Notes under the pieces: generated by a model
Told to the model about the DNA's origin: nothing
Database searches by the model: none
The model's input: the letters and a program-made list of their open reading frames with translations, nothing else
Translations under genes and position numbers: made by a program
Origin: Acidimicrobiales bacterium
GTDB lineage: Bacteria > Actinomycetota > Acidimicrobiia > Acidimicrobiales > RAAP-2
Assembly (NCBI GenBank): GCA_043782995.1
Contig: JAYVZV010000009.1
Coordinates: forward strand, 554 to 64,553
Direction: 5' to 3'
Length of the DNA stretch: 64,000 nucleotides
Part shown: piece by piece, positions 37,435 through 49,272 of the stretch
Numbering within the stretch: the first letter of the stretch is position 1
How the letters are laid out: every line of letters begins with the position of its first letter

Positions 37435-38120
37435 TTGGATTGTGTGGCACAGCCGATCGGCGAATTCCCGCCGGCACGCGGGAAGTACCCCCCGGTCGCT
37501 CGTTCATCCGAAGAAGGCGAGATGCAAGGGCCGCACCCATCTCCTCCGAAGCGTGATAAATGTCTGGCTCTTCGTCAGCGTCCAATGAAGTGCGGGGAAA
37601 CAAATAGCTGGACTGACGGGCATGGGCCTCGGCACGGCAGCGCCGATTGTGGGCGCGATTATGCGCTTCGTGGTCTCGGCGCAGGACGATGGATTCAATG
37701 TTACGAAGATCGCAAACTCATTTTGATGTTCGCAGTTCTGATCGGATTGGTCGTTTCGAGTGTGCTGTTCATGCTCACCCGCCACGCTCGGGCCGTGGCC
37801 AATTACACAATGAACAATCGACTGGTAACTCCATGGGAAATACCGTGTTTACCGACAAGGTGCAGAATTGGCGGAGAGACGTGTAGAGGGGCTTGGCCGA
37901 AATGAAGTCTGCGTCGTCTCGTCCTTCATCGATCGCCCGTGATAGGCAATTCGGTCTCATTTTGAGCGTGCTTGACGTCGGCTCCGCAGTTCCGCCTAGG
38001 TTGCCTTCGTCCGGGGTCGTCGTTGAGTCGTCGGTCGGCGGAGCCGAGCAATGTGACCACGAATAGGGCTGAGACCGGTAGCCAGCAACGACCGTTGACG
38101 CTGCACGGGAATGTGACGTC

Positions 38121-39479
38121 GTGGTGCCCTTAGGACCCAGCGGAATCCCCGTTTGCCACAAGTGCCGTCACTATGGTTTTGACGTGAGTTGGAACGGGGA
38201 GGCGCGGTCCTGGGAGTCAGTCCCGGACATCTTGGACTACCTGCATTTCGCCGGCTTCGAGGTCACTCGCGACCAACTGGCCCGTTTGCATCGCCGTCGC
38301 CTGATCAATCAGCCCTTCCACGGACCGAACGGGGGACGGGGTTTGACGGCCATGTATCCGGCCGGCACTGCCGAACGGATGGTGCGCATTTCGCAGTTGA
38401 AGGAAAATACCAAACAGCTCGACGAGCTGGCCTGGCGGCTGTGGTGGGAGGGCCACGACGTCGAGCCCGACCTAGTGCGGTCCTACGTCACGAAGAAGGC
38501 CGAACGCTGGGATGAGCAGGTGGGAGAGACGCCCGTCATGACGAGCTCTCGTGGCGCGCCCGATGAAGTTGCGCTCGAGCGCGACGTGCTCGAAGAGGTC
38601 TTCTTCCAACACTTGAAGGTCGGTCCGTCGCTCGCCTCGGCTCGTCGACAGTTGGGTCGTGGCACGGAACTCTTCGTTGACTTCGGCGCGCTGCTGATCG
38701 ACCTATTGCGGGGGGACCTTACGGTGCTGAACCGTGACGACGTCGACTTGTTCCGCGATCCGGCGAGGGTCTCCACCGGATCCGTCGCGCGCGACGGGGC
38801 CCGACGGACCGGGGTGGTCGCGGCGGAGGCGATGCGAGCCAGCCTTGAGGTCCTGTACGTCCGGACGGTCGAAGAGCTCGACGACAAGGAGCTCGCGAGC
38901 GCTCGACCCATTGCCTTGAGGTTCCTCGGGATAATCGCCAACGTGGGAGGAATCGTCCAGCATGTATTCGGCGGCTCCGGGCGGGGCCGTGAGAATATCG
39001 GCAAGAGCTTGATCGGTGTGTCGGAGAGCCCGGACGAGCAGGTTCTCGCGCTGTTGCTGACCTCAGCGTTCCTGAGAGATGAACTCGTCCGCGAGGGCCT
39101 TCCGGATTTCGAGCCCTTGGCGATTCACCTTCCGGCCGTCACGTTCGGCGACTTCGTTCGCTTGCGCTACCTCGCCGGGGAGTTGGAGGGCCTGTCGGTC
39201 CTGCTAGCGCCGGAGCGAATGCGAGACGCCTTTGGTACGCCCGAGGGTGCGCAGCGATGGCGGGCCAGCCTCGAGGGATTCTTCCACGATCACATTCTGG
39301 AGATTGAGGAAGTGATGGGCCGCCGGCCGGACCTCTTCGAGGAATCGCCACCCGACGACGTCGCCGAAGTGCACGAAGAAATTGACGTGGCAAAAAAAAA
39401 AATCCTAAATGACGTCCGGGGCGGACCGTGGAGTGGCCAGTGCAGCCGCGTCCATGGCGTCGTCCACACCCCACAATGA
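38121..39479 (+). CDS. hypothetical protein (452 aa), no family recognised
   Basis: Consistent GC3 usage. The N-terminal segment ILDYLHFAGFEVTRDQLARLHRRRL could be a DNA-binding helix. Start uncertain. An A11 run lies near the 3' end. Confidence 0.55.
   Translation: MVPLGPSGIPVCHKCRHYGFDVSWNGEARSWESVPDILDYLHFAGFEVTRDQLARLHRRRLINQPFHGPNGGRGLTAMYPAGTAERMVRISQLKENTKQLDELAWRLWWEGHDVEPDLVRSYVTKKAERWDEQVGETPVMTSSRGAPDEVALERDVLEEVFFQHLKVGPSLASARRQLGRGTELFVDFGALLIDLLRGDLTVLNRDDVDLFRDPARVSTGSVARDGARRTGVVAAEAMRASLEVLYVRTVEELDDKELASARPIALRFLGIIANVGGIVQHVFGGSGRGRENIGKSLIGVSESPDEQVLALLLTSAFLRDELVREGLPDFEPLAIHLPAVTFGDFVRLRYLAGELEGLSVLLAPERMRDAFGTPEGAQRWRASLEGFFHDHILEIEEVMGRRPDLFEESPPDDVAEVHEEIDVAKKKILNDVRGGPWSGQCSRVHGVVHTPQ
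39392..39402 (+). repeat. A11 homopolymer inside the 3' end of the 452-aa ORF
   Basis: gtggcAAAAAAAAAAAtcctaaatga, read directly from the sequence. Confidence 0.95.
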
Positions 39480-39489
39480 GGGACTCTGG

Positions 39490-39993
39490 CTAGACGAGCG
39501 GGAGCACCAGCCTCGTTAGCGTCTCGACCTTGGCGAGAGTCGTGTGAACGGCGCCGACCGAAACTTCGACTCGCTTCTTCAAGACGGTGACTGAATAGGT
39601 AAAGCCGTAGGTTGCCGAGCCGATCGACGTCGAGAAGGCTGAATCGGGTTTGAAGTGAAGGTCGGTCTTGGGGTGCTCGCCCTGTTTCGTGGAGTTCGCC
39701 CGGTCCGAGCGCAAGCCCGCGACGCTATCGTTGGCCTGGGTCCGGATGAAGACGGCCTGGGAGTTCGCTCCGACCCGGTACCAGCACACGGCGACGTCAC
39801 CGTTGGACACTGCGGTCTCCCCAGTCACTTTAAGACTTAGGGCCTTGGCGACCTTGGGCGCCGCTAGCTGGCGACAGAGGGAATTCGCCGACCCCTCGGC
39901 CGGGCCCACGAGGGCCAGGGGAGCCCCCAGTGACGTAAGACCTAGCGCCAGGAAGGTCACGACGGATCGGTGCGAAATCGTTCGAATCGACAT
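39490..39993 (-). CDS. secreted hypothetical protein
   Basis: MSIRTISHRSVVTFLALGLTSLGAPLALVGPAEG signal peptide. 167 aa. Confidence 0.6.
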   Translation of the reverse strand: MSIRTISHRSVVTFLALGLTSLGAPLALVGPAEGSANSLCRQLAAPKVAKALSLKVTGETAVSNGDVAVCWYRVGANSQAVFIRTQANDSVAGLRSDRANSTKQGEHPKTDLHFKPDSAFSTSIGSATYGFTYSVTVLKKRVEVSVGAVHTTLAKVETLTRLVLPLV

Positions 39994-40094
39994 GGGAACA
40001 CCTTTGCTCAGGTCGCGGTCGTCACCTCTCGAGGGAACTGCTCCGATGCTACCTAGAGATTCGAACGGTACTGGTCACGCGTACTCCAGCACAC

Positions 40095-40358
40095 CTAGAG
40101 CCGTCCGAGAGCTTCGGACTTCGCGTGGAACTGTCGGTGGCAGGACTGGCAGAGCACCTGGCAGTTACTCAACTCGTCATTGCCGCCCGCGGCCACCAAC
40201 TTCTTATGGTGGAACTCGGTCGCCCGGACCCGGCAGCCCCCGTAGTGGGGACACGAGCTGAGCGTGCATTCGCACGTGCCTCGAGCGCGTTGACGCGCCA
40301 ATCGCTGCACTGGGTCGGGAAACGTCAACTGTCCCTTCTGGAGGGGCCGTGGAATCAA
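40095..40358 (-). CDS. HNH endonuclease
   Basis: CECTLSSCPHYGGCRVRATEFHHKKLVAAGGNDELSNCQVLCQSCHRQFH. TTG start preceded by GAGCGAGGG. The rest of the 299-aa ORF 40095..40994 is antisense to the next gene and low-complexity. Confidence 0.7.
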   Translation of the reverse strand: MIPRPLQKGQLTFPDPVQRLARQRARGTCECTLSSCPHYGGCRVRATEFHHKKLVAAGGNDELSNCQVLCQSCHRQFHAKSEALGRL

Positions 40359-40497
40359 GTACCCTCGCTCGAATTCCCCCTCAGTATCGCATGTGATAGG
40401 GCTCCAGTGCGTTCCTCTGATCCGTCGAAGTTTCCGAGGCCGGGGCCTCCTGACAAGATGGGGGCGACCCAGCGAGGCGGGGAACGGAGGAAGAACC

Positions 40498-42078
40498 GTG
40501 GCGAAGTTCCGGGACCGGATCGACGCGGGCCGGCAACTGGGGAAGCGACTCGGAGGCCTGGAGGGCCCGGACGTTGTAGTGCTCGGGCTCGTCCGGGGCG
40601 GGGTCCCGGTCGCGGCCGAGGTCGCAAGACACCTCCGCGCACCACTGGACGTCATCGTCATTCGAAAGTTGGGTCTGCCCTCCCAACCCGAGGTCGCGAT
40701 GGGGGCGATCGCCGAGGGAGGCGAGCGCGTGGTGGAGCGGCGCACGATCGAGATGTCGGGGGTGAGCGAGCTCGACGTCGCCCAGGTTGAGGAACGGGAG
40801 CGTCGGGAGTTGGAACGCCGCACCCAGTTGTTCCGGGGTGGTCGGGCCAGACTCGAGCTTCGCGGCCGCACCGTGATCGTCGTCGACGACGGCGTGGCGA
40901 CGGGAGCGACGGCGCGAGTCGCCTGTCGCGCCGTTCGACGGCTCGGTGCCTCGCGAATCCTCCTGGCGGTGCCCGTCGGACCATTTGGACTCACTCCGGG
41001 CGACGTTGACGCTGACGAGCTCGTCTGCCTGGCGGCGCCCCAGAACTTTGGCGCCGTGGGTCTTTACTACGACGACTTTCGTCCGACCGAGGACGAAGAA
41101 GTCCGGGAGCTGCTGTATGACGCCGACGTGCGCTGCGCGCGAGTCGCGAAGTGGGGGACCAATCGATGGTCGGCCCGGACCGACGACGGCGTCCAGGGTC
41201 GGTCTCGGCTCCCTTGCGCACCAGTGGCGGCGACCTTTGTTACTACCATTGAGCGAACGAGGAGAAACGTGTCCCAACTGCTCTTAACGGCTTTCAGTAA
41301 CCGCGTCGACGCGGTGCAACTCGCTCGGGAGGTCGGTCAGCGACTCGACGGCGAGGGAGTCACTTGGGCCCTGCACTTGCTCGACCTCGATGACCGACCG
41401 GACATCGACGGTGCGACGATGGTGGTGAGCCTTGGGGGAGACGGGACCTTTCTCAAGTCCGCCCGGCTGGCCCACCAGGTCGGTGCGCGGGTCCTCGCCG
41501 TCAACCTTGGGCGGATGGGATTCTTGTTGAATGTGCCGCCGACCGAGATCGTCGACGACGTCAAAGACGCCTTCGAGGGCGAGTTCGTCGCTGAGCGTCT
41601 GGCGCTGCAGATCTCGACGTCGGGCTCGGACGTGGACGAGTTCGCCCTGAACGAGGTGGTCGTAGAGCGTGCCCATGCCGGCCATATGGTGCGGCTGAAG
41701 ACGTTCGTTGATGACGAAGAGTTCCTGACCTACTCGGCTGACGGCGTGATGGTTGCCTCGCCGACCGGCAGCACGGGCTACAACTTCTCAGCCGGGGGTC
41801 CGGTTGTCGAAGCGACCCTGCCGGTCATGATCCTTACGCCGATCGCGCCGCACTTCACGATCAACCGGTCGATCGTGGTGGCCGACGACAAGGTCATCCG
41901 TCTGGTCGCCGACGACAAGCCGGCCGTCATCGTGGCCGACGGGCAGGCCATTGGCTCACTCGAGCCCGGCCAGTTCGTCGAAGTCCGCAAGAGCCCCTCG
42001 CCGGTGCGCGTCGTCGCCACCCGGAGCTTCGACCTCGCCTTTCGACTGCGCGAGAGCCTCCGAGAGGGACATGCCTAA
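40498..42078 (+). CDS. phosphoribosyltransferase-domain protein reading without a stop into NAD kinase (single ORF)
   Basis: GTG preceded by GGAGG. FRDRIDAGRQLG...VLGLVRGGVPVAAEVA...TVIVVDDGVATGAT (PRPP motif)...YDDFRPTEDEEVRELL, then a ~50-codon linker, then the NAD kinase domain. No in-frame stop anywhere in between. Confidence 0.6.
   Translation: MAKFRDRIDAGRQLGKRLGGLEGPDVVVLGLVRGGVPVAAEVARHLRAPLDVIVIRKLGLPSQPEVAMGAIAEGGERVVERRTIEMSGVSELDVAQVEERERRELERRTQLFRGGRARLELRGRTVIVVDDGVATGATARVACRAVRRLGASRILLAVPVGPFGLTPGDVDADELVCLAAPQNFGAVGLYYDDFRPTEDEEVRELLYDADVRCARVAKWGTNRWSARTDDGVQGRSRLPCAPVAATFVTTIERTRRNVSQLLLTAFSNRVDAVQLAREVGQRLDGEGVTWALHLLDLDDRPDIDGATMVVSLGGDGTFLKSARLAHQVGARVLAVNLGRMGFLLNVPPTEIVDDVKDAFEGEFVAERLALQISTSGSDVDEFALNEVVVERAHAGHMVRLKTFVDDEEFLTYSADGVMVASPTGSTGYNFSAGGPVVEATLPVMILTPIAPHFTINRSIVVADDKVIRLVADDKPAVIVADGQAIGSLEPGQFVEVRKSPSPVRVVATRSFDLAFRLRESLREGHA
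41269..42078 (+). CDS. nadK: NAD kinase (possible independent internal start within the fused ORF)
   Basis: GTG preceded by AGGAG. VVSLGGDGTFL, NLGRMGFL and ASPTGSTGYNFSAGGP motifs. Confidence 0.75.
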   Translation: MSQLLLTAFSNRVDAVQLAREVGQRLDGEGVTWALHLLDLDDRPDIDGATMVVSLGGDGTFLKSARLAHQVGARVLAVNLGRMGFLLNVPPTEIVDDVKDAFEGEFVAERLALQISTSGSDVDEFALNEVVVERAHAGHMVRLKTFVDDEEFLTYSADGVMVASPTGSTGYNFSAGGPVVEATLPVMILTPIAPHFTINRSIVVADDKVIRLVADDKPAVIVADGQAIGSLEPGQFVEVRKSPSPVRVVATRSFDLAFRLRESLREGHA

Positions 42079-43660
42079 GTCGCAACTGGTCGAGCTGTAC
42101 GCCTACGCCCTCGGCATCATCGATGAGGCTCGGCTGGAGTGCGGGCCGGGATTCAACGTGCTCACGGGCGAGACCGGGGCGGGCAAGACGCTCCTGATCG
42201 GGGCGCTCGAACTCTGTCTGGGCGACGACGGCTCGATTTCGCGTCACGCCCTCACGACGGACACCCGCGCGGCGGCGGTTTTCGCCCGGGGCGACGGCAC
42301 CGAGGTGGTGCTCTCGCGCGAAGCCGGCCCGACGGGCCGGCTTCGCAGCTCGCTCGATGGCGTTTCGAGCAGTGCGGCGGCCCTGCGCGCGCTGGCCGGT
42401 GAACTGATCGTGATCCACGGTCAGCACGATTCATTGGCCCTGCGCCACCGATCCGAGGTTCTTCGTATCATCGACGCCAGGGGTGCGGTGTCGACGAAAG
42501 AACTCGATGCGACTCGCGTCGCGTCGCACGAGGCCCGTCGGATGCGCGACTCACTCGGCGGCGACGCCGGCGAGCGCGAGCGCGAGCTCGACTACGTGAT
42601 CTTCCAGATTGGCGAGTTCGAGGCGGTGGCCATTGATGGCCCCGACGAGCTCGACCGGACGCTCGAGGAGCTGACGCGCCTGACCGGGCTGCGCGAGAGC
42701 CAAACGACGCTCGTCGAACTGGTCGACCGGCTTGACGCGGACAGCGACGTCGCGGTTCTGTCCCTCCTGGCCCGGGCGATCGGGCGAGTGCCGCCCGGTC
42801 ACGCCTACGAGGCGGCCCGGAAGCTCTTGCTCGGTGCCCTTGAGCAGGCTCGTGAGGGAGTGCACGAACTGAGCTCCCTGACCGACCCCGACGCCTTCGA
42901 CGCCTCCGCCCTGAAGGATCTGGAGGACCGCGCGACGATCCTCCAGCAGGTCGCTCGCAAGTACGGCGGGTCACTGGAGACGGCCATTTCAACACTCGCG
43001 CGACTGCGCGACCAACGAGAGGCCCAGTTCGACGCCTCGGCCCGGCTGGCGACCCTCGATCTTGAGATCGTTGAGCTCGCCGATCGGGAGGGGCGCCTGG
43101 CGCACGAGGCCCGCCGCGAGCGACTCGCGGCCGCCAAGGCTATGACCACGGCCGTAGCAGCCCAACTTCCCCGCGTTGCGTTGCCTCACGCGACGCTTCG
43201 CTTCGATGTCGACGGCGACGACGGTTCGCTGGCGCAGATCCTCTTCGCCCCCAATCCCGGGCTCCCCGAAGGGCCCCTGCAGGCCCTCGCCAGCGGGGGG
43301 GAGTTGAGTCGCGTCCTGCTCGCCCTATCGCTCGAGTCAGTCCACGAGGACGTCGTGGCAGTGTTCGACGAGGTCGACGGGGGCGTCGGGGGACAGGTTG
43401 CCCAGCAGATCGGCGAGTGCCTCGCCGAGCTGGGCCGTCGCCAGCAGGTGCTCGCGGTGACCCACCTGGCGTCGGTCGCCGCGAGGGCCGACAGCCACTT
43501 CGTCATCGAGAAGTCGGTCACCAAGGGAGTGTCGAGCACCTCGCTTCGAGTGGTGGATGGCGATGATCGGGTGGCCGAGATCGCACGGATGCTCGCGGGA
43601 GACGAGATCACCTCCGAGTCGCGCGCACTGGCACGTCGGATGCTGGAAACCAACAATTAA
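42071..43660 (+). CDS. recN: DNA repair protein RecN
   Basis: FNVLTGETGAGKT Walker A, long coiled-coil middle, LSGGE-like ASGGELSRV signature and VFDEVD Walker B. ATG overlaps the nadK stop. Confidence 0.9.
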   Translation: MPKSQLVELYAYALGIIDEARLECGPGFNVLTGETGAGKTLLIGALELCLGDDGSISRHALTTDTRAAAVFARGDGTEVVLSREAGPTGRLRSSLDGVSSSAAALRALAGELIVIHGQHDSLALRHRSEVLRIIDARGAVSTKELDATRVASHEARRMRDSLGGDAGERERELDYVIFQIGEFEAVAIDGPDELDRTLEELTRLTGLRESQTTLVELVDRLDADSDVAVLSLLARAIGRVPPGHAYEAARKLLLGALEQAREGVHELSSLTDPDAFDASALKDLEDRATILQQVARKYGGSLETAISTLARLRDQREAQFDASARLATLDLEIVELADREGRLAHEARRERLAAAKAMTTAVAAQLPRVALPHATLRFDVDGDDGSLAQILFAPNPGLPEGPLQALASGGELSRVLLALSLESVHEDVVAVFDEVDGGVGGQVAQQIGECLAELGRRQQVLAVTHLASVAARADSHFVIEKSVTKGVSSTSLRVVDGDDRVAEIARMLAGDEITSESRALARRMLETNN

Positions 43661-43714
43661 TCGGCGCGCGCCGGCAAGAGATGCGTTGGATGCTCTGCGT
43701 TCACTATGCTGTGA

Positions 43715-45936
<2,222 letters not shown>

Positions 45937-46840
45937 GGAGCTCCTCGCCGAGTACCTCCAGTGGCTCACGATCGAGAAGGGCCGCAGTCGTGCGACGACC
46001 GAGGCCTACCGTCGAGACGTGACTCGGCTCGTCGACTGGGCGCGCGAGCGGGGCACGGAACTCACGACGCTCACCGAATCCGACCTCGAGTCCTACGTCA
46101 ACGGGCTTCGCCGCCGACGGCGTGCCGAGAGTTCGATCTCACGGTCGCTGGCCGCGATCCGGGGGCTCTTCGCGTTCCTCGTTGAGGAGGGCCACCTCAC
46201 CAACGACCCGAGCGTGCGCTTGAAGGGCGGGCGGCGGGGTCGTACGCTGCCCAAGCCCCTCGCCGAGGAGGACATGGTCCGGCTCCTCGACTCGGTGACG
46301 CGCGCGACACCCCTCGACCTGCGCGACCGGGCGCTGCTCGAGCTGCTCTACGGCACTGGCGCGCGGGTATCGGAGGTCGTCGGCATCGAGCTCGGGGACC
46401 TGGACTTCGACGAGGAGCTGATCCTCGTGACCGGCAAGGGCGCCAAGCAGCGCTTGGTCCCGATGGGCGCGACGCTCAAGCAGGTCCTCGTCGAGTACCT
46501 GGGTCCCGGGGGTCGGAGCTCGTTCCCCGACGCCAAACGGGGCTCGCGACTCTTCCTCAACGCGCGCGGCGGGTCCCTCTCACGCCAGGGGATCGACCTG
46601 GTGATCGACAGGCGCGCGCTGGCGGCGGGCGTCGACCGTTCGAAGGTCAGCGCGCACGTCTTTCGCCACAGTTGTGCCACGCACATGCTGGCCCACGGGG
46701 CCGACATTAGAGTCGTACAAGAGCTCCTCGGCCACGCGTCCATCTCGACCACCCAGATTTACACGGCCGTGGCGCTCACGTCGTTGAAGCGCGAGTACCA
46801 GAACGCCCACCCACGGGCCCACGACTAAGCGGAAAGCACC

Positions 46841-47476
46841 ATGAAATTCGAGTATTACTTCTTCCTAGCCCTCGTGCCCTCGGTCGTCCTGCACGAGGTC
46901 AGCCACGGATGGGTCGCGAACTACTTCGGCGATCCGACCGCCAAGGACGCCCACCGACTAACCCTCAATCCGTTGCGCCACGTCGACCCCTTCGGCACCG
47001 TACTGCTACCGGCCCTGATGCTCATCAGCGGCCTGCCGGCCTTCGGCTACGCCAAGCCGGTGCCGGTCAACGTCTCGCGGCTTCGTCGTCCCCGCCAGCA
47101 GTCGCTCTACGTCTCGCTGGCCGGACCGTTCGTGAACATCGTCCTTTCGGCGATCGGCCTGGTGATCTGCAAGCTCACGCTGCCGGTGGCGGACATCTAC
47201 GGCAACTTCAACGTCAGCCCGATGTTCATGATCGGCGAGGCGCTGGGACTCGTCAACCTGATTCTGGCCGCCTTCAATCTGCTGCCGATCCCGCCGCTCG
47301 ACGGCTCGGCCATCATCGAACGTTTCATTCCGACCAAGCACATGGCGACCTACTACCAGTTCCGGGCCCGGGCGTTGCCCTTCGTGATGGTCTTCGTAAT
47401 CCTCGGCTCGTTCGTCTTCCACTTCGGCAACAGCGCGTTGGCGAGCCTCGAGAACTGGTGGCTCAGCCTGATCTAA
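46841..47476 (+). CDS. site-2 protease (M50) family membrane metalloprotease
   Basis: HEVSHGW zinc motif, LNPLRHVDPFG and NLLPIPPLDG. Confidence 0.8.
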   Translation: MKFEYYFFLALVPSVVLHEVSHGWVANYFGDPTAKDAHRLTLNPLRHVDPFGTVLLPALMLISGLPAFGYAKPVPVNVSRLRRPRQQSLYVSLAGPFVNIVLSAIGLVICKLTLPVADIYGNFNVSPMFMIGEALGLVNLILAAFNLLPIPPLDGSAIIERFIPTKHMATYYQFRARALPFVMVFVILGSFVFHFGNSALASLENWWLSLI

Positions 47477-48441
47477 CTAAGGCCCATGGCCCGGGCCGCC
47501 CGCCGGTAGACCGGCCCAGCCGCCTCGGCGGCCTTCACCGCTCCCCGGGCCGCGACGGCGTGCAGTTCGCCGGGGTCGGCCAGCAGCTCCGCGTATCGGG
47601 CCTGGATCGGGGCCAGGGACTCGACGAGCAGCGTCGCGAGGTCCTCCTTCAAGTCGCCGTACCGGGTGTAGCGCGCCGCGACCGCCTCGGGCGCCTCGCC
47701 GCTGAAACTGGAGTAAATCTCGAGGAGGTTCGAGAGTCCCGGCTTATTCTTCCAGTCGAAGCGCACTTCGTTGTCGGTGTCGGTGACGGCCTTTCGCACC
47801 TTCTTCTCGATGTCGGCCGGCGAGTCGAACAGGTGCAGTGAGCCGAGCGGGCTCGAGATCGACTTGGACATCTTGCGCGTCGGCTCCTGGAGGTCCATGA
47901 CCCGGGCGGCGACCTTGGGCTGGACGGCGATCGGCACCACGAAGGTCTCGCCGTAGCGGTTGTTGAATCGCTCGGCGATGACGCGGGTCAGTTCGAGGTG
48001 CTGGCGCTGGTCGTCGCCGACCGGCACCTCGGCCGCCTCGTAGAGCAGGATGTCGCCGGCCATCAGGACCGGGTAGGTCAGAAGCCCGACGCGATACCCC
48101 TCCTGGCGCTGGGCCTTCTCCTTGAACTGAGTCATGCGGCTCAGTTCGCCGTACGTCGCCACGCACTCGAGCAGCCAGTTCATCTGGGCGTGAAAGGGGA
48201 CCTGGCTCTGGAGAAAGACAGTGCAAAGGTCGGGGTCAAGTCCCGCGGCGAGGTACGTGGCCAGCAGGTCGGTCGTCTGGTCACGCAGCTTCTCGGGGTC
48301 GATCTGCAGGGTGAGAGCGTGAAGGTCCACGACGCAGTAGAAGGAGTCGGGGCCCTGAGTGGCCACCCACTGCTTCAACGCTCCGAGGTAGTTGCCGAGG
48401 TGCATAGGTCCCGATGGCTGCATTCCGGAAAGTACTCTCAT
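47473..48441 (-). CDS. trpS: tryptophan--tRNA ligase
   Basis: MRVLSGMQPSGPMHLGNYLGA (HIGH-type) and KMSKS. Internal ATG chosen. Confidence 0.9.
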   Translation of the reverse strand: MRVLSGMQPSGPMHLGNYLGALKQWVATQGPDSFYCVVDLHALTLQIDPEKLRDQTTDLLATYLAAGLDPDLCTVFLQSQVPFHAQMNWLLECVATYGELSRMTQFKEKAQRQEGYRVGLLTYPVLMAGDILLYEAAEVPVGDDQRQHLELTRVIAERFNNRYGETFVVPIAVQPKVAARVMDLQEPTRKMSKSISSPLGSLHLFDSPADIEKKVRKAVTDTDNEVRFDWKNKPGLSNLLEIYSSFSGEAPEAVAARYTRYGDLKEDLATLLVESLAPIQARYAELLADPGELHAVAARGAVKAAEAAGPVYRRAARAMGLS

Positions 48442-48495
48442 CACCCAATCGTAGATGAAGAGGGGTGCGGGCCCCCGTAGCGGTATTGTCTGTCG

Positions 48496-49272
48496 GTGAC
48501 CTTCGTCGTGACGACGCCGTCCTTTAGCGGCCCGGTGGAACTCCTGCTCCACTTGATCAGCAGCCACGAGGTCGACGTGCTGGACGTCCCGCTCGCGCCG
48601 ATCGTCGACCTCTTCGTCGCCGCCCTTCGGGACGATTCGGTCGAGGTCGCCGTCGAGGACCTCTCGGAGTTTCTCCTCATCGCGGCGATCCTGCTCGAGA
48701 TGAAGAGCAGGCGGCTCTTGCCGGGCCGCGACGCAACCGAGCCCGACGAGGAGTTCGTCGGCTGGGAGGAGCGCGACGTCCTGTTGGCGCGGCTGCTTGA
48801 GTTGCGCACCTACGCCGCCCTGTCGGACGCCTTCGTTTCGCTATTCGAACGGGCCGGCCGGTCGTTCCCGCGCCTCGCCGGCATCGACGAGGGCTTCGAG
48901 GTCCATCCGCCGGACCTGCTGGCGGGGGTGACGACCGCTCAGCTGGCCGGGGCCTACCTGCGCGGCATCGAAGAGAAGCCCGTCGAGGTCATCCGGCTGC
49001 ACCACGTCACGGTCGACGCCGTATCGGTCGCCGAGACGGTGGTCTCACTGGCCCAGCGCCTCCCCTTGATGGGTCGGCTCTCGTTTCGCACGCTCACTGA
49101 GGGTCTGGAGAGCCGAATCGAGGTGATCGTGCACTTCCTCGCGCTGCTCGAACTCTGCAAGCTCGGTCACATCGAGCTGGGTCAGGGCTCGACCTTCGGC
49201 GACGTGCAGATCGAATGGCTCGACGTGTCCCTCGGGCTCGAAATCGGAAGGGTGGACACCTATGAGGGATGA
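48496..49272 (+). CDS. scpA: segregation and condensation protein A
   Basis: FSGPVELLLHLISSHEVDVLDVPLAPIVDLF. Followed by an overlapping scpB. Confidence 0.85.
   Translation: MTFVVTTPSFSGPVELLLHLISSHEVDVLDVPLAPIVDLFVAALRDDSVEVAVEDLSEFLLIAAILLEMKSRRLLPGRDATEPDEEFVGWEERDVLLARLLELRTYAALSDAFVSLFERAGRSFPRLAGIDEGFEVHPPDLLAGVTTAQLAGAYLRGIEEKPVEVIRLHHVTVDAVSVAETVVSLAQRLPLMGRLSFRTLTEGLESRIEVIVHFLALLELCKLGHIELGQGSTFGDVQIEWLDVSLGLEIGRVDTYEG

Noticed and set aside
37330-38161. ORFs 37330..37905 (+), 37172..37603 (-) and 37775..38161 (-)
   Set aside because: They have mixed codon bias and no motifs. Only a short hydrophobic stretch (MFAVLIGLVVSSVLFML) looks protein-like, which is not enough for a call.
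39018-39035. Reverse-orientation partial match to the repeat core (GTGTCGGAGAGCCCGGAC) inside the 452-aa ORF
   Set aside because: It is short, imperfect and in frame in a coding region (..GVSESPDE..), with no 5' box or spacer. I treat it as chance.
40359-40994. N-terminal 210 codons of the 299-aa ORF containing the HNH domain
   Set aside because: It is Pro/Arg/Ser-rich and low-complexity, and it is antisense to the well-supported phosphoribosyltransferase domain. The HNH module has its own SD and TTG start at 40358.
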